Virus record (IMG/VR): IMGVR_UViG_3300008267_000012
Length of the DNA stretch: 64,000 nt
Source of the DNA: a virus
Lineage: Duplodnaviria; Caudoviricetes
Strand: one strand, 5' to 3'
Shown: positions 37,809-46,846 of the stretch, in pieces
How the letters are laid out: each line of letters begins with the position of its first letter
Position numbering within the stretch: position 1 is the first letter of the stretch
Notes under the pieces: generated by a model
What the model was told of the DNA's origin: nothing
The model's input: the letters and a program-made list of their open reading frames with translations, nothing else
The model's database searches: none
Program-made: the position numbers and the translations under genes

Positions 37809-38905
37809 AAATTTAGTAATTCTTCGTGTAGTTCTGATATATTATCAAAAGTTTTATTGTTTTCTATATTAAATTTTGTTTTTAATTCTTCAATTAAGTT
37901 TTCACTTGGTCTTTGAACCTCCATTAAAACATCGGTTCTACCCTTTCTTTTAATAGCATCATCAATTTTATCAAGTTCATTAGTTGTTATAATAAATATA
38001 ATATCATTTGGTGTATATATACCATCTAATACGTTTAAAATACAAGAAAGTGAAATTTTAACATCAGAATCTTTCTTTTCTTCCTTTCTGTTGATATCAT
38101 CTAATAAACAATCAATATCTTCAAATAATACAATTGATTTCTTTGGTCTATCAGAAATCAATGCAATAAGATTTGCATCTGTCATATCTTTAGATAAGTT
38201 AATTGCCATTATATCTCTTTTTGTATAATTAGATATACCTAATGATAATGATGATTTTCCTGTTCCTGGAGGACCATAAAAAAGATATGTTCTTTTATAT
38301 CTAATTCCATACTTATCATATTTTTCTTTTGATGAATTAAACCTATCTAAATCCTTTTTAAGGAACTCTGATACATTATTGTCAAGATAAATATTGTCAA
38401 ATGTCTTATTTATAACCTTACCTGCACATCTAATTTCACCATTAAAGTTATAAAAATACTTTATATATTTATTACCATAGTTATTATCAACATAATTCAT
38501 TAATTCTTTCAAAATAGACTTATTCCTACAAAAAATCATAAACATATGTTTATTATTCTTATATGGTGTCATACTATTTTGAATATTTTCAGCATTTTTC
38601 AACACTAAGAACCTATTTCCTTTAAATTTAAAATAAATAAATCCTGAATTATAAAACATGTTAACATCAAAGTTATCTGAACTTATAAAGTTATCATATA
38701 ATGTTCTATAATAAAGATTTTTAATAGACTCTTGTTTTTCAGATAAAACAAAGTTTTGAAATGAATAAAAGAAAAAAGAACTCTCTTCAATCTTCATTGA
38801 ACAAATGAGTCTATCTCTTAATGTTGTTAAAACAAAAAGAAAGAATTGTTTGAAGTAAACTAATGTACCTCCAAGAATGAGTGTTATTAATACTGTTTTA
38901 TCCAT
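37805..38905 (-). CDS. BCS1-like AAA+ ATPase with N-terminal hydrophobic anchor
   Basis: Walker A GPPGTGKS, Walker B IVLFEDIDC, sensor TTN, Arg finger RKGRTD; hydrophobic N-terminus VLITLILGGTLVYF. Confidence 0.85.
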   Translation of the reverse strand: MDKTVLITLILGGTLVYFKQFFLFVLTTLRDRLICSMKIEESSFFFYSFQNFVLSEKQESIKNLYYRTLYDNFISSDNFDVNMFYNSGFIYFKFKGNRFLVLKNAENIQNSMTPYKNNKHMFMIFCRNKSILKELMNYVDNNYGNKYIKYFYNFNGEIRCAGKVINKTFDNIYLDNNVSEFLKKDLDRFNSSKEKYDKYGIRYKRTYLFYGPPGTGKSSLSLGISNYTKRDIMAINLSKDMTDANLIALISDRPKKSIVLFEDIDCLLDDINRKEEKKDSDVKISLSCILNVLDGIYTPNDIIFIITTNELDKIDDAIKRKGRTDVLMEVQRPSENLIEELKTKFNIENNKTFDNISELHEELLNL

Positions 38906-40243
38906 TTATTTTAAAAATTCAGGTAAATATCCAAGTTTATTTATTATTTCTTCTTCGTTAAATCTAATATTGATTTTTGTTTCGGGATGAACGCATTTAC
39001 CAACCTGATTTTCTCCGTAGATTTGAATAATTCCATTCTTATCTGTTAAATCAAGTTCATATCTTTCACCATGCGATTTAAAGTTATCAAGTACAATCTT
39101 TTTAACTTTCCAATCATAGAATTGATTCTCCACATCTTTTTCAATCAATGATGTTATTTCATTATCAAGTGATAAAACATCCTTTATAAAGTCTTCTTGA
39201 TGGTTTTTAGCTTTCAAAAAGTTTATAAACTCCTGTCTTACACTATCATCATTGTTTAAATCAATTGTTTCATCAAATTCTTTAATCTTTAAAGATTTAT
39301 TTAGAATCTTAGATTTATCAAATTTAATAGTGGCGAATTCGCCATATTTAGATTCTAAATGTTTCTTAATCTTTTGTTTATTTTCAACATTAAATGTTGA
39401 ATATTGGTCCATCCAATGAATCTTAATATGATTATGTTTTCCAACATTTTTAAGTTCAATATCTAGATTTTGATAATCATAATCTTCATTGATATAGATA
39501 TTAAAGTATTTATAATCTGAGATTATTTCTTTCTTTTCAAAAGTTTTTGCTTCAATATCCCATAAAAGATAACCATGAAAAGCATTATCACCTTCACCGT
39601 AATTGGTACAATATAATGACGATGGGTAAGCAAAAAACTCTCTTCCATTTTTTTGATATGATTGTTGGAGATGTATATCTCCTGCCATTACAATATCACC
39701 TTTAAAATCAGCAAGAGAAACAATATTACTATCGGTATGGTATTGTCCATTTTGTAGATAACATCCATTAATTGGGTCATGGAAAAGGTCAATATAATAC
39801 TTATTATTATTGCGCTTTTCTTCATTGAATTCAAGCCAAGGGGATTTTCTATCAGGGTGATACCAAACAGCGAAAACAATATTATCAAGTTCAAAAAAAC
39901 CTGTTGAATCATAGTAGTGTATATTAGGATTGTTAATAATCTCAACAAGCATCTTGATTGATGACATTCTGTTGAGATTTGATTTCATTATATCGTGATT
40001 ACCATCAATAATAACCACAGGTGCTATCATAGCACAAGAAGTCAAAAAATCTCCTGCAAGGACATTGATTTCATTAAAAGGTTTTACATAGTTGTGGAAT
40101 AGGTCACCTACAATTACAATCAAATCAGGTCTGTCCTTGATTAGGGATTTAATTGTAAGACTTGAGATATGTTTTTGCTCTGCTAATCTGTCCAAATTAT
40201 TTTGGAAGTGGATATCAGCAAGATGAGCTATTTTCTGAATCAT
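38906..40243 (-). CDS. sbcD: Mre11/SbcD (gp47-like) nuclease fused to the first ~40 aa of Rad50/SbcC and the IntN fragment
   Basis: Phosphoesterase motifs ADIH, VGDLFH, DGNHD, FHDP, AGDIH, YPSS; then WKVKKIVLDNFKSHG...IYGENQVGK (Rad50 beta1 plus Walker A up to Lys), then CVHPETKINIRF...stop. Confidence 0.93.
   Translation of the reverse strand: MIQKIAHLADIHFQNNLDRLAEQKHISSLTIKSLIKDRPDLIVIVGDLFHNYVKPFNEINVLAGDFLTSCAMIAPVVIIDGNHDIMKSNLNRMSSIKMLVEIINNPNIHYYDSTGFFELDNIVFAVWYHPDRKSPWLEFNEEKRNNNKYYIDLFHDPINGCYLQNGQYHTDSNIVSLADFKGDIVMAGDIHLQQSYQKNGREFFAYPSSLYCTNYGEGDNAFHGYLLWDIEAKTFEKKEIISDYKYFNIYINEDYDYQNLDIELKNVGKHNHIKIHWMDQYSTFNVENKQKIKKHLESKYGEFATIKFDKSKILNKSLKIKEFDETIDLNNDDSVRQEFINFLKAKNHQEDFIKDVLSLDNEITSLIEKDVENQFYDWKVKKIVLDNFKSHGERYELDLTDKNGIIQIYGENQVGKCVHPETKINIRFNEEEIINKLGYLPEFLK
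38909..38995 (-). mobile_element. IntN fragment (29 aa, Cys1) of an atypically split intein
   Basis: CVHPETKINIRFNEEEIINKLGYLPEFLK starts immediately after Walker A GK; block A pattern C-V-x-x-x-T-x-I. Confidence 0.88.
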
Positions 40244-40247
40244 AATA

Positions 40248-40255
40248 CAAATATA
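40248..40255 (-). promoter_or_regulatory. Bacteroidota-type -7 promoter box TATATTTG
   Basis: 4 nt upstream of ATG 40243, inside the inverted repeat AATCATA/TATGATT (40238-40260). Confidence 0.6.
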
Positions 40256-40260
40256 TGATT

Positions 40261-41157
40261 TTATGGGTTCATATTATCATAAATTTTATTAATTTTATTT
40301 TCCAATAACTCAAATTTAGAACCTACTTCAATTGGTTCATCCCATTTGTTATGCCAATGCCATGTAAAAGCACCATCAAAAAAATCTACATAACCAATAT
40401 TCTTAAATGCATAATCTAGTGTTGTATTTTCAAAACCCCATTCAGAATTAAACCAAACTCCTGGTAATACAAATAAATCATTTTTATTGATATTGGAGTA
40501 TAATCTATTACCCCAAGAAGTTGTATTTTTATTTGGTGGTATTTTTTTAAGTATTTCTAAAAATTCTAATGATAAACTAGATTCTTTTTCTAATCTCATT
40601 ACTGCACCATTCATAGTAATATTAGGTTCAAAGTCACTAAATCCTGATGTTCCCCATTGATAAAGGAATTCTAAATTATTCAATGGTCTCATATTTCTTA
40701 ATACTAAAACATCCATATCAATGTAAAAACCACCGTATTTATAAAGTATTAAAAGTCTAAAAACATCACCCTCTAAATAACATAAATCATCATATATATT
40801 TTCATTTTTTAGATAAATACAATCTTCTAAAATTGTATCTTTTATTTCATCATATAAATTCCAATTTTTTAAATTTACATATTTTGAAACTTCTTTAAAA
40901 AATATATTTTCACTTAAATCAACATTTGACCATAAATTAATTTCTAAATTTTCTAGTTCATTAGAATGTGATGTTATAATTGATTTTAAAACAGCTAATT
41001 GTTTTCTACCAAATTCTCTAGGTACTCTCCAAAAACAATGAAAAACTAGTTTATTTTTATTGTCATTATTTATATTTTTAGCATACTCTAAAGATTTTAA
41101 ATAACTAACCTTATCGGGCTTATATAAATTTATATTATTATCTATTAGTTTTAACAT
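40261..41157 (-). CDS. GT32-like (alpha-1,4-glycosyltransferase, DxD sugar-binding) protein
   Basis: DVFRLLILYKYGGFYIDMDVLVLR, NGAVM, FTWHWHN. Likely ATG at 41157. Confidence 0.85.
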   Translation of the reverse strand: MLKLIDNNINLYKPDKVSYLKSLEYAKNINNDNKNKLVFHCFWRVPREFGRKQLAVLKSIITSHSNELENLEINLWSNVDLSENIFFKEVSKYVNLKNWNLYDEIKDTILEDCIYLKNENIYDDLCYLEGDVFRLLILYKYGGFYIDMDVLVLRNMRPLNNLEFLYQWGTSGFSDFEPNITMNGAVMRLEKESSLSLEFLEILKKIPPNKNTTSWGNRLYSNINKNDLFVLPGVWFNSEWGFENTTLDYAFKNIGYVDFFDGAFTWHWHNKWDEPIEVGSKFELLENKINKIYDNMNP

Positions 41158-41914
41158 TTTTAATTTTATTAATAATTTCTTTAGTATAAACACTATCTTT
41201 TATTTGATGACTATGGAATGTATAAATTTTTACAGGGATATTATAATTTATATATTTATCATTTATTTCATCATCTGTTAGTTTATTACTTATATATGCA
41301 TCAATTGTTTCAGAAAATCCATTAGGTAAATAGTTATATCCTATATCATAATCAACTTTATATTTAGTTAATAAACAATTAATAATCATTTCATCATTTC
41401 CCAAAATATAATCTCTTTTATTCATTTCATCAAATACCTCTTTAAAAAACCATTTATTTTTATTACTAAAAAGATAAGATGCATAAACATAACTCATTCT
41501 AGGTAATTCAGATGTAAAAATATTTACATGCTGCATCATAACATCTCTTGCTGATTCAAAAGCATTATGTGGATGCTTTGAAAATAAAGGAAAATCTGAA
41601 TTTATAATTTTATCTAAATTTTCTTCAAAAATATTATCTATTTTTTCTGTTACAATCATATCCGTATCAAGTATTAACCCAATATCATAATCACAATCAA
41701 TAGTTGAAAATATTTTTTGTTTACATATTTCATAATATGATTCATTATTTATTTGAATTGGTTTTATCTTTACTCTATCATTATTTGATTTATATATGAA
41801 ATTTATACTGTAAACAGTAATGTCATATTTAGAAAATTCTAAAACGGATTCAACTAAATTATCTAATATTGATACCCAATTTGATGTACAAAATGTTACA
41901 AAACCTTTTTTCAT
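41138..41914 (-). CDS. GT-A nucleotide-diphospho-sugar transferase
   Basis: GFVTFC, LILDTDMIV (DxD), NDEMIIN, YNYL, FHSH. Confidence 0.7.
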   Translation of the reverse strand: MKKGFVTFCTSNWVSILDNLVESVLEFSKYDITVYSINFIYKSNNDRVKIKPIQINNESYYEICKQKIFSTIDCDYDIGLILDTDMIVTEKIDNIFEENLDKIINSDFPLFSKHPHNAFESARDVMMQHVNIFTSELPRMSYVYASYLFSNKNKWFFKEVFDEMNKRDYILGNDEMIINCLLTKYKVDYDIGYNYLPNGFSETIDAYISNKLTDDEINDKYINYNIPVKIYTFHSHQIKDSVYTKEIINKIKNVKTNR

Positions 41915-42507
41915 TTATATTTTTTAAATATCATTAACGTATTTTTAACATGGCTACCATTTGGTATATATGTAACATTACCAAATTCATCATATTTATA
42001 TACAGGTAAAGTTTCTCTCAATTCTAATGATTCTTTTTCTAGAAACTTAAAACCAATTTTATCAAAAGCATTAATCCAATAATCAGCATTTTGACAATTA
42101 ACATGATGATATCCAGGTTGCCCAGGAACTGCATGTGTCATTGCAACAATATTACAATATTCAAATGTTTTCATGAAATTAGGCATATATTGTTCCTCAA
42201 CATGTTCAACAAATTCACAACACCAAGCTAAATCATAATTTTTTTCAGGTATAAATTCCATTTCAACATAATCATGTATTTTGATGAAGTTTTTTACAGA
42301 TGAAGCTTCAATTGCTGGTAAATAACCTTCCACACCAATACCTTCTATATTTTTATCAAGAAAATATTTTAATGAATGTCCTGCTCCACACCCTACATCA
42401 ATAAATGTTTTAGGATTGTACCATTCAATTAATTTATCCCAAACTTGAGGTGACCAAGTACCAATATCATTTTCAATGATGCAACCGCCTAGATAATTTT
42501 TTTCCAT
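41911..42507 (-). CDS. Class I SAM-dependent methyltransferase
   Basis: FIDVGCGAG, YDLAWCCEFVEHV, PGQPGYHHVN. Confidence 0.85.
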   Translation of the reverse strand: MEKNYLGGCIIENDIGTWSPQVWDKLIEWYNPKTFIDVGCGAGHSLKYFLDKNIEGIGVEGYLPAIEASSVKNFIKIHDYVEMEFIPEKNYDLAWCCEFVEHVEEQYMPNFMKTFEYCNIVAMTHAVPGQPGYHHVNCQNADYWINAFDKIGFKFLEKESLELRETLPVYKYDEFGNVTYIPNGSHVKNTLMIFKKYK

Positions 42508-42533
42508 ATTTTTTTGTTTGACTAGTAATATTA

Positions 42534-43307
42534 TTATAATACGATTTTTTCTTTAATAAAGTTTGTCCAATATGAAATTTTTAATTTATCCATATTCCAA
42601 TCTTTATTTATAATTTCTATATATTTTTTATTTAAAAATTCTTCATTTATTTCACTCCAATCATTAATAAAAAGAATTGGTAAATCAATAAATAATTCAT
42701 ACGCTCTATGGTATTTAACAATTGGTATACTACCCATATATAATGTTTCCCATAACCTATGTGTATCTATTCCATTTCCTCTTGGACAAATTACAAATTT
42801 TGATGATTTTATTTCTTGTAGAAACTTTTTACGACCATCAATCGTATTATTAATATTTCCAACACATACCCATTCAATATTATTAAACATATCAAAAATA
42901 TATTTTCTTTTATAAAATGTATTAACATTAAAATTCATGTATAATAATATTTTTTTGTCTATTTTCTGATTCATAATATCAATCATTATATCCCTATTTC
43001 CATATATTTTATGTAAATCAGAATCATCACAATAATTTGTTATACCAAGTGGTAGACCAAAAACATTTACAGAATCAGTATCTTTATTTATGCAAAATAT
43101 TTTTTTAAATTTATTTGCTATATTATCATCAATTGGATAATCTGAATGACCAATAAAACAAATATCATCAATTTTTTTTGGATGTACATGTCCTCTCCAA
43201 TAAAACTGCCCAATGTGAAAATAATCAGTCTTAATATAACAAATATTATTTTCATTACAAAATGAAAGATAATTATCTGTAGAAATTATATCATCAATGC
43301 ATATCAT
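42534..43307 (-). CDS. Exostosin-like (GT47) glycosyltransferase
   Basis: SSKFVICPRGNGIDTHRLWETLYMGSIPIV...LPILFINDWSEI. Confidence 0.8.
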   Translation of the reverse strand: MICIDDIISTDNYLSFCNENNICYIKTDYFHIGQFYWRGHVHPKKIDDICFIGHSDYPIDDNIANKFKKIFCINKDTDSVNVFGLPLGITNYCDDSDLHKIYGNRDIMIDIMNQKIDKKILLYMNFNVNTFYKRKYIFDMFNNIEWVCVGNINNTIDGRKKFLQEIKSSKFVICPRGNGIDTHRLWETLYMGSIPIVKYHRAYELFIDLPILFINDWSEINEEFLNKKYIEIINKDWNMDKLKISYWTNFIKEKIVL

Positions 43308-44220
43308 TAATTAATTGTTTAAAATATTCAATTGATGTCAATTTAGTGTTTTTTCTATTTCCTATTATAAATGGTTCAATTTCATTTAATTCATTTGGGC
43401 ATGATAATATAAAACCATCATATTGAAATGTTTCATTATCATAATCACATGAACAAAGTATTTTATATTTATTTTCCTTTAGAAAATTAATACAGTTATT
43501 ATGTAATTCATTACTGTGTGTTGATAAAAATATATATTTTATTTTTTTATTTATTAAAAGTTCTTTTATTTGATTTAACATTTCAAATTCATATCCTTGT
43601 ATATCAGAATGTAATATATCTATATATTTTATATCCTTTTGTGTAACAAAATTTAAAAGATTGATACCATTAAACCCTATAAATCCTTGACTAAAATCAC
43701 CTTCCACATTATTTAATTTAAAATTTTCAATACCTGCGGATAAACATTTTTCATCAGAATCTATACAATATGTTTTCCCATTTATTATATTCTTTAAAAA
43801 CCATATTGAATAAAAAGCCCAATAACTACCAAGTTCAATCATAATACCATCTTCTTTTATATTTTGTATAACTTTACTAAATGCTCTTTCTTCCGATGGT
43901 TCATGTACTCCTTTATTTAAAATTAATATATCACTAAAATCATTATAATAACATTTATTATAAACTTTTATATTATTATGTAATGTAATTATATTATTAT
44001 CTAGATTGCCTGAAAATTCTGACCTTTTAATAAATAAATTATTTGGGTCGGAAATAACATCTCTAAACCTATCTATAAATGTTTCTCCTTTTATATTTTC
44101 TGTATCAGTCTCTAAAATTTTAAAAATTTCATCATTAAAATACTCATCACCAAATGATTTTTCATCATTTATAATTCCATTATTATTTAATAATATTCTA
44201 ATTTCTTTATAAATATCCAT
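43294..44220 (-). CDS. FkbM-like methyltransferase
   Basis: GVHEPSEE, MIELGSYWAFYSIWF, IDILHSDIQGYE. Confidence 0.7.
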   Translation of the reverse strand: MDIYKEIRILLNNNGIINDEKSFGDEYFNDEIFKILETDTENIKGETFIDRFRDVISDPNNLFIKRSEFSGNLDNNIITLHNNIKVYNKCYYNDFSDILILNKGVHEPSEERAFSKVIQNIKEDGIMIELGSYWAFYSIWFLKNIINGKTYCIDSDEKCLSAGIENFKLNNVEGDFSQGFIGFNGINLLNFVTQKDIKYIDILHSDIQGYEFEMLNQIKELLINKKIKYIFLSTHSNELHNNCINFLKENKYKILCSCDYDNETFQYDGFILSCPNELNEIEPFIIGNRKNTKLTSIEYFKQLINDMH

Positions 44221-44225
44221 ATTTA

Positions 44226-44849
44226 TTATTTATTTAATACTAAATTAACACCATTATCTATCAAAATATTGTTAATACCAAATTTATTGCAATAAGTAAT
44301 TATTTCATTTTTAACCTCAATCATATTGTTATATTCTATTATTAGTAATTCAACTTCCATATCATTAAGATTCATCTGTTTTAAAATAAGTAAATCCATG
44401 CCCTCAATATCTATTGATATGTAGTCAAATTTTTTAATCGGCATTTCTTCGTATAAAGTATTAAAATCTACACAATCTATTTCAAATTTTGAAAATGAAA
44501 ACCCCCTACTTGAGTCTTGATAATTAGATTCAACAATTGTTGATAATAAATCAGTATCTCCTCTTCCAAAATGATTTAAATTGTGATAAAAGGTGGTTTT
44601 ACCAATTTTATCGGAAAGACACTTATTTAAACAATAAATATTTTTATTATTTTCATGTTCTTTTACTAATTTTTCAAAAGCAATGTGTGATGCTTCTATC
44701 AACACACCTGACCAACCTTCTTCTATAAAAAGAAGTGAATTGCTTATGGTTCTTCCATCATTTGCTCCTATGTCAAGAAGATTTCCTTTTTTATTTTTAA
44801 AAAATTCTAAAATTTTTAAATCTTCTCCGTATTGTGAATAACTTTTCAT
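44226..44849 (-). CDS. FkbM-family methyltransferase
   Basis: YSQYGED, LLDIGANDG..ISNS, GWSGVLIEA, FDYISIDIEGMD. Confidence 0.88.
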   Translation of the reverse strand: MKSYSQYGEDLKILEFFKNKKGNLLDIGANDGRTISNSLLFIEEGWSGVLIEASHIAFEKLVKEHENNKNIYCLNKCLSDKIGKTTFYHNLNHFGRGDTDLLSTIVESNYQDSSRGFSFSKFEIDCVDFNTLYEEMPIKKFDYISIDIEGMDLLILKQMNLNDMEVELLIIEYNNMIEVKNEIITYCNKFGINNILIDNGVNLVLNK

Positions 44850-44859
44850 ATTTTTTATA

Positions 44860-45489
44860 TTATTTAATTTTATTTCTCAAATTTGATTCATATTTATATT
44901 CTGAACCTTGCCCTATGATAGTTGGTTCGGTCCAATAATATATTAAATTTAAATCTTTTTTTATTATATTTAAATGCCAATCAATTGGTGCATTAAATGG
45001 TAATGTTTTTAGTATTTTATTTATACATTTAATATTTATAATATAACCACATACACTTCTACTTGAATTTGCTTCGTAAATATAATTATTTTCTTCTATT
45101 TCATTTATATGTAAATTACAACAATCTGACAAAAAACAGATGTCAAATTTAACATTTTGTAATTGACTTAAAATATTTTCAAATATATTAAAATTATCTT
45201 TAAAAACCGCATCATCTTCTATTATTAAACAATTTTTATAGCCATTATTTAATATTTTTTGGTAAACATTAAAATGATTAATTGATACACATATTTCACC
45301 AATCGTTAATTTTCTATTCCAAATTGAATAATTTTCTTGATAAAAATCATTAATATTATAATTTAAATCTGTCTCATTATTACTTATTATATATTCATAT
45401 GGTATTTTTAAATTATTAATAATTGAATCAATATATTTTTTTCTTTCATAAAGTGGTTCATAATGTATAATAAAAATTTTATCTATCAT
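44860..45489 (-). CDS. GT25-like glycosyltransferase
   Basis: IFIIH...ERK, GEICVSINH, LIIEDDA, CGYII, PIDW. Confidence 0.8.
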   Translation of the reverse strand: MIDKIFIIHYEPLYERKKYIDSIINNLKIPYEYIISNNETDLNYNINDFYQENYSIWNRKLTIGEICVSINHFNVYQKILNNGYKNCLIIEDDAVFKDNFNIFENILSQLQNVKFDICFLSDCCNLHINEIEENNYIYEANSSRSVCGYIINIKCINKILKTLPFNAPIDWHLNIIKKDLNLIYYWTEPTIIGQGSEYKYESNLRNKIK

Positions 45490-46169
45490 ATTATTTTAAA
45501 ATTTAATTTTGAATGTGGGTTATATCCTCTATTTATATTGTTTTTTAAATTTACATGAAAAAAAATATTATTATTTCTTAATTCTAAAGAATCAAAAATT
45601 AATCTGAATGAACTATCAATAAAATGACTTTCAACACTATTTTGCATTAAATAACAATAATCAAAACTATTTTCTGTATAACCTAATATTGGTTTTATTA
45701 CTTTTAAATCTTTATTTAATATATGTGATTCATCAATATTATAATTTCTACTTTTATCATCATGTATAAAAATGTAATCATTTTCTTTAACATTAAATTT
45801 TTTAAATAATTTAATTTCATTATCAATATCTCTATCAACTTTAAATGAAGACCATCTTTTTTCAAAAGGTATGTTATTTTGTAGGTAAAAACTATCATCA
45901 AATTCTACAGAATTTGGATGTTTCATAAACCCAGCTATAATTAATTCATCTTTTTTTAAATTATTTTCTATAATAAAATTTTGAGTAAAAGTATCGTCTC
46001 CAACTATAAAATCTAGATTTTTTAAATCTCTATACATAAATTTTACAGTTTTTAAATTATGTGGTTTAACAAACATCATATAGTTATCATTAGAATTAAT
46101 TAATGTTCTAACTAAACCATTACAAATAATGTGGTCACCAAGTCCTAAATGATGGTATATGTATTTCAT
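45486..46169 (-). CDS. Putative glycosyltransferase (GLGD motif)
   Basis: HHLGLGDHIICNG, YIFIHDD, HFIDSSF; located in the glycan cluster. Confidence 0.5.
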   Translation of the reverse strand: MKYIYHHLGLGDHIICNGLVRTLINSNDNYMMFVKPHNLKTVKFMYRDLKNLDFIVGDDTFTQNFIIENNLKKDELIIAGFMKHPNSVEFDDSFYLQNNIPFEKRWSSFKVDRDIDNEIKLFKKFNVKENDYIFIHDDKSRNYNIDESHILNKDLKVIKPILGYTENSFDYCYLMQNSVESHFIDSSFRLIFDSLELRNNNIFFHVNLKNNINRGYNPHSKLNFKII

Positions 46170-46846
46170 TATTTACTTAATAAATATCTTTTTAATGATT
46201 CTTTATATTCAATTATTTCATTATCGTTTTCATCATAAACCTGACCAACAAATTCATAATCCACTCTTTCACTAGGAAAATCAAACGATGCACTCTCAAA
46301 TTTAAAAATATCATCATGTGTTATTGAATTATACCTAATAATAGGATAAATTACATCTCTAAGAAAGTTTTGGTCAACTTGCCAATAATCACCTTTTGTA
46401 TATTCTTCTATAAGTTTTTTAATATTTGTAATTGCACCTTTTCTAGCACCCCACATACCACCCAAAATAGGTACACCATGACTTGGATGGTCTCTCATAA
46501 TATGAAACTTTTGTTTAGTTGATAACCATTCATCAATTGCTAGTTTTTCTCTCATTGAAAGTCTTGAATCTGTATCTCTACTAATTAATACATCTACGTC
46601 TTCATCATCAATAGGTAAAAATCTCCAAAACATACCTTCCCAATTTCCATTTTCACCCATTTCAATAATATGTGTGTTATCAAAAGATTTTAATTCATCA
46701 ACAATATTGCTTGGTGTTGATTTACCAACATAAAAATAGCAAACCCAATCAGGAAATAGTTCTTTTGCTAATTGAGCATTCTTAATTGCTCCAACTGTAT
46801 ATTTTGGATTATCTCCCCAAACACTAAATCCTATTACTTTTTTCAT
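46169..46846 (-). CDS. Putative GT-A glycosyltransferase
   Basis: FSVWG..PKY..GA..NA, MFWRFLP, LISRDTDSR (DxD), FHIMRDHP.H..PILGGMWG, DQ.FL. Confidence 0.65.
   Translation of the reverse strand: MKKVIGFSVWGDNPKYTVGAIKNAQLAKELFPDWVCYFYVGKSTPSNIVDELKSFDNTHIIEMGENGNWEGMFWRFLPIDDEDVDVLISRDTDSRLSMREKLAIDEWLSTKQKFHIMRDHPSHGVPILGGMWGARKGAITNIKKLIEEYTKGDYWQVDQNFLRDVIYPIIRYNSITHDDIFKFESASFDFPSERVDYEFVGQVYDENDNEIIEYKESLKRYLLSK

Noticed and set aside
33950-38905. Group I/II intron or homing endonuclease explaining the sbcDC interruption
   Set aside because: The intervening DNA is fully occupied by ordinary ORFs on both strands, with no HNH, GIY-YIG, LAGLIDADG or RT motifs seen. The intein motifs on both sides explain the break at the protein level.
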